Source of the DNA: Lytechinus pictus
Taxonomy: Eukaryota
Direction of reading: 5' to 3'
Assembly: GCF_037042905.1 (NCBI RefSeq)
Contig: NC_087251.1
Location: 35,590,001 to 35,654,000 of the forward strand
DNA: 64,000 nucleotides
Both the position numbers and the translations under genes were made by a program. Below are positions 25,822 to 37,969 of this stretch, in pieces. The notes below the pieces were generated by a model. The model was given only the letters and a program-made list of their open reading frames with translations, had not been told where the DNA came from and searched no databases. Position 1 is the first letter of the stretch. The number at the start of each line of letters is the position of its first letter.

Positions 25822-28800
25822 GTCTTAAACATTATAGTAAGCTATTTCAATATCAAAATATTAAAGCAATTTCAATATTTCATACGCCTAGACATATTTC
25901 AATATTTTTTTTTAATCAAAGTTTGCTACGATTAGACCGATATTGAACGGTTCGTTTAGTGTAATTCAGAATTATTTTCATTTAACATCAATGTTTACTT
26001 TGTATGGATTGATGATATTATATTTTAAACAGCTAAATACCTTGATAGTCCACTGTAGTAAAACAACATAAAGCTTTGTTTTAATCAATTTATACTTACC
26101 CCATGCCTGGCTGAACCAAGAATGAGAAGTGACTCGTTTTCCTCCACACTATTTCTATTACTTATCTTCTTTGATACAGGCTTCTGTTCCTAGGGGAGGG
26201 TTCTCTGTATTCTGTGTCCAGAAACAACCGGTAAATACCTTTAAGATGTCTAATTCAATATAAGCGATGGAAACTTTTTTGAAGGGGATGGGTTAACTTT
26301 GATTTTCTCAAGCTAAAATCGTGGAAACAAATTGCTCATTGGTGTAGCAGATATTACATTTTTTTCAAAGTAATTAAATGCCCCGAAGCGTACTTGCATT
26401 ATTTCAATTCCTTGGAATTTACATCTTTATGAAACAAAAGAGCCATCTAATGAAGATGTTAACCTCGTGTATTTATTTACAGGACACTGGAACTTCTCCT
26501 GTATCTGATTCCATCACAACGGAACACAAGGGAACATCACAACCCGATGAAAAGGTATTGGTTAGTACTAATCTTATAGTATCTTTTACCTTTAACTATT
26601 GATGTAAAAAAACACGATAATGGTGTCTGCCTTATTGAAGAGTTCTGCATAATGATGGTTATAATAATAATAATAAATGGGTTCGTACATGAATATCGCT
26701 CAAATCTTTCAAACCTGTCGAGACAACGGGCTAGCTTTTCAAGGGTACCTCACCTTGGTCGAGTTTGGCAAACGTATAGAGTGGTAATATTTTCTCCTCG
26801 ATCTTAAAGTGTGTGTTTCCAAGTATTTATTTGGTAGATAGGAGGGAGATTGCATCTAAATGTAAAGCGGCCTTCCACAACGTCACAGATACATAAAGTA
26901 TTGCATGCACGATTAAAACATGATCATATTTTCTTAATATTGTATAAATATTAATCATTAACCGGGAATTGTCACAAACTTACCTTTACGATCAAGAATA
27001 CTGTTTTCAAAGAATGCAGTTTTCAAAGATTGCATTCAAATGAAAGTTATTGATATATTTTCATAAATTTAACTTAAACCTTTATTTTTCTTATCTCAAA
27101 GCTTGTTGCTCCAAAAGGAGGATTTTCCATCTTCTCCGTGAACAAGCAACCGGTAAGTATATCAGAATGTAAGACCTTAGTTAATATGAGATGGATTTGG
27201 AATCTAGATAATGGAAACTGTTATCACTGATTAAAAGAATTTGAAATTTCTCTTCTGATTTGTAAATATAATTCTGAAACTTGTTTGACCTTAACTTACC
27301 CAAACAGATTGAGCATCAAAAAAATATACTCTCATGCTCAACGATTCCTTTTACATACTTATTACAATGTAAGGCACTTTTCTTCATTTTATTTAATCAG
27401 GACACCCTGCCTTCTCCCAAGAACTCTGGCATAGATGTAACAGATCACACGCAGAAGAACAATTCTGTGAATAAGGTATGTGAAACAAAACCCAAAATGC
27501 ACATTATATACCAAATAACCATATTTAAATTTTCTTTGAGTTTCATTAAATGTGTTTGAATCGAAGTAAAAGGATTTGAATATCTTAAATTTTGTACAAT
27601 TTCCAGTTTTAGTTTCAGTTTTATGAATGATACATCAGAAGGTTATTTCATCCATTAACATCATAATCATGATGTTAAAACTGTTAAAAATGAGAGATAT
27701 ATTTTTGCATATAAATCAAGTTGATTTTTTATGATCGAGATATATATATTTACAATATTCAACTTATTTGTTGCAACAGGATCAACCCAGTGGTAACAAT
27801 GGCTACAGCTTCCTGCCACGGATCACACCATCCATTGAATCCACTGTGTCATCTTCTCCTAAGACCATCAAAGGATCCGGATCTGATGTCCAACTGACCA
27901 ACTGTCCTCTGGAGAGTCCACCAGCGACATGCAAACCCTATCAAGAGCCTTTGAAGACCAAGGCCCCTTGGGATTCTGTGTCTGATGGAAAGGTACACAA
28001 GACCAGAGTCGCTGAGAATCTGAAACAGATCGTTATCAGTCCAGAAGCTGACTCTAACATGGACAAGGACGCTGATGAATCCGGATGTTTTACGAGCCTA
28101 AGCCAGGTCAACGGCGGCACGTCTAAAGTGAAGCTCATTCACGTTCGTCCAGCTCCAGATGCTAACTTGCCGATTACGACCACTGGAGATTCCACATCTG
28201 ATACTGCAGTTACTAAGATCCAAAGCCAGAATAACAGTAGCACTCCAAATGTGAGGGTCATTCAAGTAAGACCGGCCAACGACCCTTACTTTAAGATCGC
28301 TACTACCAGGGAATCTAGACCTTCTGACCTGGCTTGCAGGAATGGGAGTTCAACTAAGGCATGCAACAACACCGTGACCAGCGCACGCCTCATCACCGTG
28401 AAACCAGTGCAAGAGCCCCTGCAAACCAAGGTCAATGATGTATCTGCTACAGGAGTCCAGAAGATCCTTGATGCTACGAACGCGGCTGTTACGGGAATTA
28501 AATCTACTTCCACTGAGATCACAGTCTCCAAGCCAACGCCACCTTCCGTTGCAACGAATGACGTGCTCCCGATCAAGAACCTCGGACCTCTTGTCGACCC
28601 ACTGAAGTGGCAGTACCCAGTTCCTCCTCCTAAGATCCAGAACTGGACCACCGAGCCACTAGAGCTGTCAAAGAGCCCTCTCCCCAGCAGCGGACAAGGA
28701 GAAGTATCTCTGAAAAATCTCTTCGATCTGAGCCATAGACATCCAACCTGTCCTGAAGAATCAGATACTGTTTCCAGATCTCAAAACCTCGATGTTGTTC

Positions 28801-31800
28801 CCGCGGCAAATGGAGGAGATTTTTCCAAGGTGACCTATGATTTTCTTTGAAATGTTAAGCTTTTTTCCCCCCTCATATAACCTTTCATACTATTAACTAA
28901 AACTACTTACCTGGCTTAAATGATTCCGCGGACTTCTCTTTTACTTGAAAATAAATATGCATCTAGAGTCTTTTTTTAAAGAATCTTTGAACGTAGTAGT
29001 TTATGTTTTTGTTCTTATAACTTCTATCTAGCCTTCCAAAAAGACCCGGAAGGAGCCTTCTAACAGACGATTTCCAAAATCAACCAACCCGGGAATGACT
29101 CCAGACACATCTTCTGATATCCAACAAACGGTAATTGATGATAATAATATGATAACTTTGTATAGTGCAGCTGCTATATAGATATACTCTACTGCGCTGT
29201 ATTTACTCCAATTGCTTATACTATACGTACTAAAAATTATGATCTACTTAACGAATTTTTAATTTCTTTCTTTAGTGATATGTGCTGACCCAATAAAAAA
29301 AAAATTTCGTCATTCTTTTATTGCAAATGAAAATGATAACGAAAATACATTAATGAATAAGAATAAGTGTTATTAAAACCTTGAATTTGATCAAAATGGT
29401 GTCAAATGATCGTATATTACCAAAGAAAAAATAGAAGTGCACTTATTACATGCACCACACAAATCAGTATTTAGGAAAAATCTTACTTCTACCACTTTGG
29501 TTTTTTTTAATAGTTTATCATCTTTTTCAAAAACCACGATCTCAGTCTCATTTTTGTCTCACCTGCGAAGCAGAGTGAGACTATAGGCGCCGCTTTACCG
29601 ACGGCGGCGGCGGCGTCAACACCAAATCTTAACCGAAGGTTAAGTTTTTGAAATGACAGCATAACTTAAAAAGTATATGAACCTAGTTCATGAAACTTGG
29701 CCATAAGGTTAATCAAGTATTACTGAACATCCTGCTTGAGTTTCACGTCACATGACCAAGATCAAAGGTCATTTAGGGTCAATGAACTTTGGCCAAATTG
29801 GGGGTATCTGTTGAATTACCATCATAACTTTGAAAGTTTATGGATCTGATTCATATAACTTGGACATAAGATAGTCCGGGTTATAATTGAGCAAGGTGCC
29901 ACACGGAAAAGTAGAAATTTTTATATAATGCTTCTAAACCAGTTTTTTACGCTGAATATGAATATATGAGGTAATCAGGCTGTATCCTGAAGATTAACCT
30001 GTGAGGGCGCTTTTTTCAAAATGGCCGCCAAACTTTCAGAACATTTGAATTTTCATACATAGATTTTGACATAAACATTACATTGCCACAAAAGTAGTGT
30101 CATATGAAAGACAAAAAAATTCCACCAATTTGGTACTATTTATCGGGGATAAGTAGGTCATTTGACTGAGATTTTAAGTCGAAAACTGCATTTTTTGTCA
30201 TTTTTTCCAAAAATTGAAAATTTTGGAAATACATGATTTTACATAATTCTAAGAAATATAAATCAATTACCTTGAAATGCTCCAGAAAACTTTATTGATT
30301 TACTATTATTATGTGGATAAAATTCCAACTCTGTATCATTCTCTTTAGCAAATTTATGAGGTATCAAACTTGAATAATCAAATTTCAGAAATGTCGCTTT
30401 TTTTGTATGCATTTCCGTAGACTAATACGTATAACATGTATGATGTTTAATTAAAAACTAAATGCAATTATTTACACTTTTTAACCACTTGGAGAGTCAA
30501 GAGTAGGCGTTTCTCTATCAGCTAAAAAAAGATGTGGGCACATCGAGGCCTACCCGCGGCCCTCTCGGGGGTGGGTGTCAAAGTCACAGCCCCCCCCCCC
30601 CCTCACCCTGGCCCCATGGGTGGGGCAAGTTGAGCCATTTGACATCTTTGAAAGGTGATAGTGACTTTTAGTGTCGAGGTAGAATGTTATACATGGGTTA
30701 AAAAAATGTTTCCCAAGAATGAATCTTTAAGGCAGAGTACTTATTTCTACGAGATTTTGAATCATAAGATCTAACATGAAAAAAGAAAAAAAAATGGTTC
30801 AACTAACCCCGCCTTCCCCTACGCTTTGTTCTACCAGCTACATCTAAAGAAGAGGCAAATCGAAGCCTACCCTTCTCGGGGGATAGGGGGTGTGGAAGTC
30901 ACCTTCCCTCTCATTGCCAATTTATTTGAAAATTCACCTTTTTGGACCCAACATTGAAGCAAAAAAGCGTTTGTGCTTTGCACATCGATTCCTAGCTCTC
31001 TCAGGGGCTAAGTCACGTACCACCCCCCCTCCCCCTTATATCATGTATATTGCCTGTTAATTGGAAATTTCACCATTTTGGTTCACACATTGAGGCATAA
31101 GAGCGCTTCTACTATATAATGCAGCCAATTTTATTTTCTTGCAATGACTTGGAGAGGAAAGGGTATCATTTACATATAATAATAATATGTCCATTTATAT
31201 AGCGCAGTTACTATGTGCATATACTCAACTGCGCTTTGATACTTGGTATCATATTATTACCCCGGCTGTAACTGAGCCGCCATATTAATAGGCGCTCAAG
31301 CGTTCAAGGAATAAATCCTACTGAGTACCCATTCACATCAGCTAGGTCGAGTGCAGCATAATGTGGACAAATTTCTTGCCGAAGGAAATTACGCCATGGG
31401 TGGGATTCGAACCTATGACCCTCTGTTTCAAAGCCACAACGCTCCACCATAATATTATAAAGAAGCTCTCGTACATCGAAACCTAGTCCCCAAAGGGGCT
31501 GTCTAAGTCACCCTCCCCCCTCTATATCATGTCTATTGCCTATTTAGTGGAAATTTCAACATTTTGGATCGCCCATTGAAGCAAAAGGGCGTTTCTTCTA
31601 TATAGTACAGCCAATTCTATTTTCTTGCAATAACTTGGAGAGGAAAGAGTAGGCTTTGCTTTATCAGCTTCATACTATAAAGAAGTGTTTGCATATCAAA
31701 GCCTATCCCCTTCAGGGGGCTGTAGAATTTACCCCATCAATTTTTGGTATTTGGATATTTATTGGAAAAGTCACCATTTTGGAGCCCCCATTGAGGCAAA

Positions 31801-34246
31801 CAAAGGCGTGTCAGATATATAGTTCTGCCACTTTTACTGCTTTGAAAACACTTAGAGAGTAAAGAATAGACTTTGCTCAATATAAAAAGTGCTGGGAAAT
31901 AAAAGCCTACCCACTTCAGGGGGCTGTTGAAATCACACCATCCCTTTTGCATTATTGCTTACTTATTGGAAATTCACCATTTTGGAACCCCCCCCCCCCC
32001 CCCATTGAGGCAAAAAGGCGGTTCTGATATATAAGTTCTGTAACTATTACTGTCTTGAAACTACTTGGAGAGGAAAGAGTATGCTTTCCTCACTTCTTTA
32101 GATGGAGCTGGTAGAATTTTCAAATAAACTGGCAATATGATGATATAAGCAAAGAGGGGTGACTTCCACAGCCCCCCCCCCCCCCCCGAGAGGGGTAGGC
32201 TTCGATGTGCCACTTCTTTAAATGGAGCTGGTAGAACAAAGCCTACTCTTTCCTCTCCAAGTGGTTTCAAAGCAATTAATTAAAGTGGCTGTAGTGTATA
32301 GCAGAAATGCCGTTTGCCTCAATGGGTGCTCCAAAAGATAGTGATTTTTCCGATAAATAGGCAATAAACAACATGATATAGCCATGGGCGGGGGGGTTGA
32401 CTTTGACACCCCCTGAGGGTAAGGCTTTGATGTGCCAACATTTTTTGTTATTTAGCTGATAGAGAAAAGCCTACTCGAAACTCTCCAAGTGGTTGAAAAG
32501 CATAGATAATTGCATTTAGTTTTAAACTATACATTATACATGTTATACGTAATAGTCTACGGAAAATTTGAGTTGAGCCATTTTTTTTTTCATGTTAGAT
32601 CTTATGATTCATAATCTCGTAGAAATAAGTACTTTGCCTTTAAGTTTCATTCTTGGGAAACATTTTTTTCAAGTTTAACCATGTAGAACATTCTACCTCG
32701 ACACTAAAAGTCACTATCACCTTTCAAAGATGTCAAATGGCTCAACTTGCCCCACCCATGGGGGCGGGGGGCTGTGACTTTGACACCCCCCCCCCCCCGA
32801 GAGGGGTAGGCCTTGATGTGCCAACATCTTTTTTAGCTGATAGAAAAACGCCTACTCTTGACTCTCCAAGTGGTTAGAATTAAAGCGTAGATAATTGCAT
32901 TTAGTTTTTAATTAAACATCATACATGTTATACGTATTACTCTACGGAAATGCATACCAAAAGCGACATTTCTGAAATTTGATTATCCAAGTTTGATACC
33001 TTATAAATTTGCTAAAAAGAATGATACAGAGTTAGCATTTTATCCACATAATAATAGTTTTCTGGAACATTTCAAGGTAATTGGTTGATTTTTCTTAGAA
33101 TTATGTAAAATTATGTTCAATTTTTTGGAAAAAATGACAAAAATGCAGTCAAAATCTCAGTCAAGTTACCTACTTATCCCCTATAAATAGTACCAAATTG
33201 TAGGAAATGTATTTGTCTTTCATATGACACTACTTTTGTGGCAATTGAATGTTTATGTCAAAATCTATGTATGAAAATTCAAATGTTCTGAAAATTTGGC
33301 GGCCCCATTTTGAAAAAAGCGCCCTCACAGGTTAATCTTCAGGATACAGCCTGGTTACCTCATATATTCATATTCAGCGTAAAAAAAACTGGTCTAGAAG
33401 CACTATATGAATATTTCTACTTTTCCGTGTGGCACCTTGCTCAATTATAACCCGGACTAAGAGTAATCAGGTATCACTGAACATCCTGTGCGAATTTCAG
33501 GTCACATGACCAACGTCAAAGGTCAATGAACTTTGGCCATAATGGGGGTATCTGTTGAATTACCATTATAACTTAGAAAGTTTATGAATCTGATTCTTGA
33601 AACTTGGACATAAGAGTAATCAAGTATCTTTGAACATTCTGTCCGAGTTTCAGGTCACATGACCAAGGTCAAAGTTCATTTAAGGTCAATGAACTTTGGC
33701 CATGTTGGGAGTATTTGTTGAATTACCATCATATCCGTGTAAGTGTATTGGTCTAGTTCATAAAACGTCAACATAAAAATTATCAAGTATCACTGAACAT
33801 CTCATGCGAGTTTCAGGTCACATGACCAAAGTCAAAGGTCATTTAAGGTCATTGAACTGTGGCCAATTTAGAGATAATTATTAGATTGCTGTCATAAATT
33901 TCAAAGTCTTTAGATATAGTGTATAAAATGTGGATATAGGGGTAATCAAGTATCACTGACAAGTTTTAGGTCACATGATCAAGGTCAAATATAAATGAAC
34001 GTAGTATTGTATCATATGAATGGTGTTTTTTGTGAATAATTATTTTATAGTAGTTTTCAAAGTCAGCACTGCTGCTATATTGAATCGCGTGATGCAGGTG
34101 AGACCACCAGAGGCATTCCACTTGTTTGTATTTCTTTTCATCTTTCTTTTCTTCAGGCTATGGATCTGAAAACAAAGAAGAAGCTCCTCAAACGTTTCCT
34201 AAAGCTCGCTCGCAGGCACAAGAACAAGCCTGCGAAGGCGGACTAG
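16563..34246 (+). CDS. TMEM145: TMEM145-like (GPR180/TMEM145, GOST family) protein: signal peptide, luminal domain, 7TM, long low-complexity tail; about 1075 aa
   Basis: Exons 16563-16664, 18469-18546, 19152-19232, 19762-19866, 20686-20860, 21399-21470, 21704-21853, 22092-22170, 22867-23036, 23348-23504, 24415-24535, 24889-25041, 25317-25613, 26180-26230, 26483-26554, 27102-27152, 27401-27475, 27780-28829, 29032-29130, 34157-34246 join in one frame (3228 nt). Segments AKFKRGEISTEEDMAFL, HMTNG, LMETD, RKLLHLTYRLF, SKGFSITRAQIS, HPRKVPFYLPF and LTRPDRLNKRFPFHLR are colinear with TMEM145 as recalled. May be a divergent paralog; tail exons are less certain than the core. Confidence 0.85.
16764..17195. 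mobile_element. Foldback-type MITE made of ~15-bp TTCCGAAGGTTCG subrepeats in two opposed arms
   Basis: Left arm (TTCCGAAGGTTCG)n, right arm (CGAACCTTCGGAA)n; exact 8-bp TSD TGAGAAAC at 16756-16763 and 17196-17203. Confidence 0.85.
20378..20620. repeat. (AGT)n microsatellite
   Basis: Seen directly. Confidence 0.95.
29872..33459. mobile_element. Non-autonomous Academ-like DNA transposon, 3588 bp, ~0.9 kb TIRs
   Basis: TAGTCCGGGTTATAATTGAGCAAGGTGCCACACGGAAAAGTAG and its exact reverse complement form the ends; 3-bp TSD AGA; removal restores the host unit CATAAGAGTAATC. TAG...CTA ends with a 3-4 bp TSD are the Academ hallmark. No transposase ORF. Confidence 0.8.
31175..31446 (-). mobile_element. 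tRNA-derived SINE inside the Academ-like element
   Basis: Minus strand has B box GGTTCGAATCC, a central core, and a 3' GCGCTATATAAAT...(ATT)n tail; related fragments at ~23885-23995, ~26700-26765 and ~29140-29200. Confidence 0.7.
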
Positions 34247-36046
34247 GAACTAACAGATCACTCCAACCATACGTCAACGATTTCAAAGCAAACCGGATAC
34301 TTTTGGGCCATAAACACACCTTCAATTTACTTGGACCATTCTCCAATCATAAACAACGGGATATACCATCGAATCACGAAATAAAGTAGCATAATGATTG
34401 TAATAACAATTATGTCAAGCTATACTCGGAAACTGAAACCAACATCGAAATTATAATACGTTTTATTAACGGAATTTGAGATACAATTGGTTTGATGATT
34501 TAAGAAAAGCACTTAATATGCACCAGACCAAGGATAGAAACCGCTAACTTAAGCAAATAGGAGGCATTATTCTAATCACATGCAGAAGACACTGTATTGA
34601 ACTTATGCTGTATTTTATAGAACTCATTGACAAAAAATATAATTATTATTATTTATAGTAACTTGGGTATTCTTGCTACTGTACCTCGAAAAGAATTGGT
34701 CATAAAATATGACAAATGCTGAAGCTTTTAACACTAATATCTACCCAGCAAATTGATTCAATAAAGTATTTGAATAAAGAAACTATTGAAAATGAAATAT
34801 GTAGAACTTACTGAAATTAGGAAATTATCAACGAAATTTCATTTTGAAACCTACGCATACATTACAAAATACAGTTTTATAATACTATATTATCATGATT
34901 ATTATGCAGATTATACGATGCATTAATGTATAAAACAATTAAAATGCCATGTCATTTTGTAATTTTCATTCTTGATAAAGATGTGTGCAGTTTCCCCGCT
35001 ATGTTTGTGAGGTCTGTTGCACTCTTATTTCTGAGGAGTCAAATTTAACTTGGTATGGTGCCAGGTGAAAGTCGAATCTGTTTCGGGTTAAATGACTCGT
35101 TGAGTCGTTTCCGAGTTACTTTGATTCAGAATCGAGTGATATTTCAGCCGATGCCACGCCATACTGGGTCAAATTCTTTCAAAATATCGGTCCTTTAACT
35201 GGCACCATTATTCATGTTCTTAGTCAAATTTGATTCTGCAGAAAATAAGAGAATGTCTGGTGTCTCCAGCAATCCTTGACTCCCCTCCCCTTCAACACTC
35301 TATACCCTCTTTTGTCTTGTCTTGACGTGATTATGAAAGAGATTTTAAAAAAAAAGACTTAACCTCATATCAAATGGAATTTCCAACGGTTGGTTTTGAT
35401 TTTTGAACAAGCTACAGCCCATACCCTCACATTTATTCAGCGCTTAATGCAAAATAATGATTCTAAGCGGTGCACAATAGAAGAATAATCTGATATAGGC
35501 AAGCATGTGAGCACAAAGATTTTGATAATGCTGATTTCAACCTTTTGGTTGTGTAAAATATTTGAATTCTTTCTTCAAAATAAACTAGGAATTGAATTGA
35601 ATTGAATTGAACGCCTCGCTGATCTCGACGAGACACCGTCTTTTTGTTTAAAGGTAAACCATGGCGGTAGCAATGGTGAACCCGACTTTGGGAATTCCCA
35701 CTTCCTACTATACCATACCAGTGCGAGGATCAACACATTCGCGCCATTTTTAGACGCCATTTTCGAGTCGTAAATTATCGGAGAATCATTTCCTTCTTCA
35801 TCAGAACGGTTGTCTTTTCGCGTGTCTAAGACTTTATATATGATTCTGATTCGGGAATCTGATATAATAATGACGATGTGGTTTCTGTTTAAGACCATCT
35901 TTCATTTAAAATTGGATTTGTGGATACATTGAGCACGCTCACACTAATACGAGGTTAGTATTACTTTTGCTGGTCAGTGCCAGATTCATACAGACCAATT
36001 TGACAGTGATCGGCAGTCTCTTGATGTAGATGGCAGACCGGGATCT

Positions 36047-36109
36047 ATCTAGTCTTGAGGACGCAATGATGATGAATTTTTAAATATCATTGCGTCCTCA
36101 AGACTAGAT
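36047..36109. repeat. Perfect 24-bp stem with 15-nt loop
   Basis: ATCTAGTCTTGAGGACGCAATGAT ... ATCATTGCGTCCTCAAGACTAGAT. Confidence 0.9.
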
Positions 36110-36646
36110 CTATCAATCAATCACAAAAGTAAGTTATTAAGGGATTATATAGATCATTATTTTCATTCTACAATAATTATTTAGAGGGTTGCACACACTA
36201 TATTTATTTTTTTAGTGGATCCCTCCATTTTCTCAGATCTTTATGTTTATGATAACTTGCTTTTGTATAATACTTTGTTTTACTTCTGGGAAAATATAAT
36301 ATACTGTATCTACCCCTTTTTATATTGTTTGTATAAGTTGCATTTACAAATGTCATTGTAATTATATACGACCATTTTATATTGTTCTGTTGAAAATGAA
36401 ATTAAAAAAAATGAATTCGAATATATCTCGCTCCTAGCTTGAGAATAACATTTAAAATTATACATTTTCAACAGATTTAACACTGGCGTATACCTGACGG
36501 GACAGGAGTCTGCTAAAGCCCCCCCCCCCCCCCCCCCCACAAACACACACACAACAAACACAAATTTTGTTTTAATTTTTGCCACCGTCGTTTTTTTTCC
36601 TCTTTACCCGTCCTCACGAGGTTCTTTTTCCAGGTACGCCAAGGTA

Positions 36647-36947
36647 CCGGTGTGTTGGCTCAGTTGGTAGAGCGTCCGTCTCACAACCGGGAGGTCGGGG
36701 GTTCAAACCCCGGCCGCGTCAGACCAAAAGACGTTAAAAGATGGGAGTTGCTGCTACCCTGTTTGGCGTTCAACGATTAAAGGGATAGAGCCTCGTCGAT
36801 CTGGCGCTGCACAGCGGCTGCCGGGCCCACGATCAATTGGGCAAAGCAAATTTTCGGAGTATTTCATTTCATGTCTATTTCGAACAATAAAAAAAAAAAA
36901 AAATAAAAAAAAAAAAAAAATATGGAATATGGATATGGAATATGGAA
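36647..36947 (+). mobile_element. Full-length tRNA-derived SINE (Meta-SINE-like core)
   Basis: A box TGGCTCAGTTGG, B box GGTTCAAACC, core GTCAGACCAAAAGACGTTAAAAGATGG...GCTACCCTGTTTGGCGTTCAACGATTAAAGGG, then a poly(A) tract and (ATATGG)n tail. Confidence 0.85.
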
Positions 36948-37969
36948 CTATTTTTTTAGGATATTCGTGATAATGATATTCGTTTGCCTGTAAAATAATG
37001 ACATTTTTAAAATATCCGTCGTAATTCCACAAAATAGTTATAGGCACAATACATCTTCAATGAATCACAATATGTTACATTGACAACAATTCCGCAATTA
37101 CAAGGATGAATCAAACCTTGTTAAACGTTTTCATGAGGAAAGAAATTAAGATATTTCATATAATAATAGTCTAGACTAAATTAAAGTGAGTGACAACATC
37201 GTCTCTCCATTTGCATATCATTGTGATTGAGTTGTGTATTTAACTATAAATTGTTGTGTGAAAAAGAAGTTTATGTTATAATTTCATTATTTTTAAAACT
37301 GATATCGATTTAGATGAACTTTTCAGCAAAATGCATTGAGTTTCTCTTCAAATCATCTTTTGGCTTGGGTGAACTTGACAACTACAGATTGATACCCATT
37401 TTTTTTGTCCACAAAACCATCCTCTTTTGTTGTAGACCCAATCTATCTCGGGATGGTTGAAGGTAGAATTTGGCAGAATTTTTTTATTCTCTATAAATAG
37501 ATGTACGAAGTCTGCAAAATAGGCTCTCCATAATTTGTTATATGTGACTTGATTTGCATTACTATTTTGTCAAAACTATTAAAGGTTTATTCTGGTATTT
37601 AATCTAAACATTAGGGTCATTGTATACCTTTCAAATATTTTATAGTCATCAGTACGTCTTATGATATCTATGTGCCCTTATTATGATTGTGTGGGCGCGG
37701 TTCTAGAATAAAATTTTTGGTGGGGCTTGGGAAATTTTCGATGTTGGTTTATTCAGTACATTGAAAATGGCCTATCGTGGGCAGCACTATCCTGATCTGA
37801 CCAAGCCGCTAGTCCCCGCCCCAGCCCCCAAAACTCTAATATTATGCGACGGAGCGTATCGACCGAGCAAAAAAATCACAATTTTGAAATGCTTGAGCAT
37901 GTTGAGAACGTTTTTCATAACCATTTCATCTACTTGTGTAACACCCATCAGGCCGTGAGTGCTGTTATA

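Larger units (their letters stand above)
29551..34126 (+). mobile_element. Non-autonomous Helentron/DINE-1-like (HINE) element with internal tandem repeats, split by an Academ-like insertion
   Basis: T-rich flanks; subterminal IR GTCTCACCTGC (29556) / GCAGGTGAGAC (34094); 5' partial hairpin (GTGAGAC); GGCGGC tract; repeated CAAGTATCACTGAACATC...GGTCACATGACCAAGGTCAAAGGTCA units on both sides of the insert; ends CTTGTT. Confidence 0.75.

Noticed and set aside
27941..28651. Minus-strand ORFs of 65 and 121 aa
   Set aside because: Antisense shadows of the large + strand exon.
35575..35898. 107-aa minus-strand ORF
   Set aside because: No motif, and the paralogous copy has indels; better explained as regulatory or UTR sequence.
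36649..36721. tRNA-Val(CAC)-like gene
   Set aside because: Acceptor stem pairs poorly and the sequence runs into a SINE core and A-rich tail; it is a SINE head.
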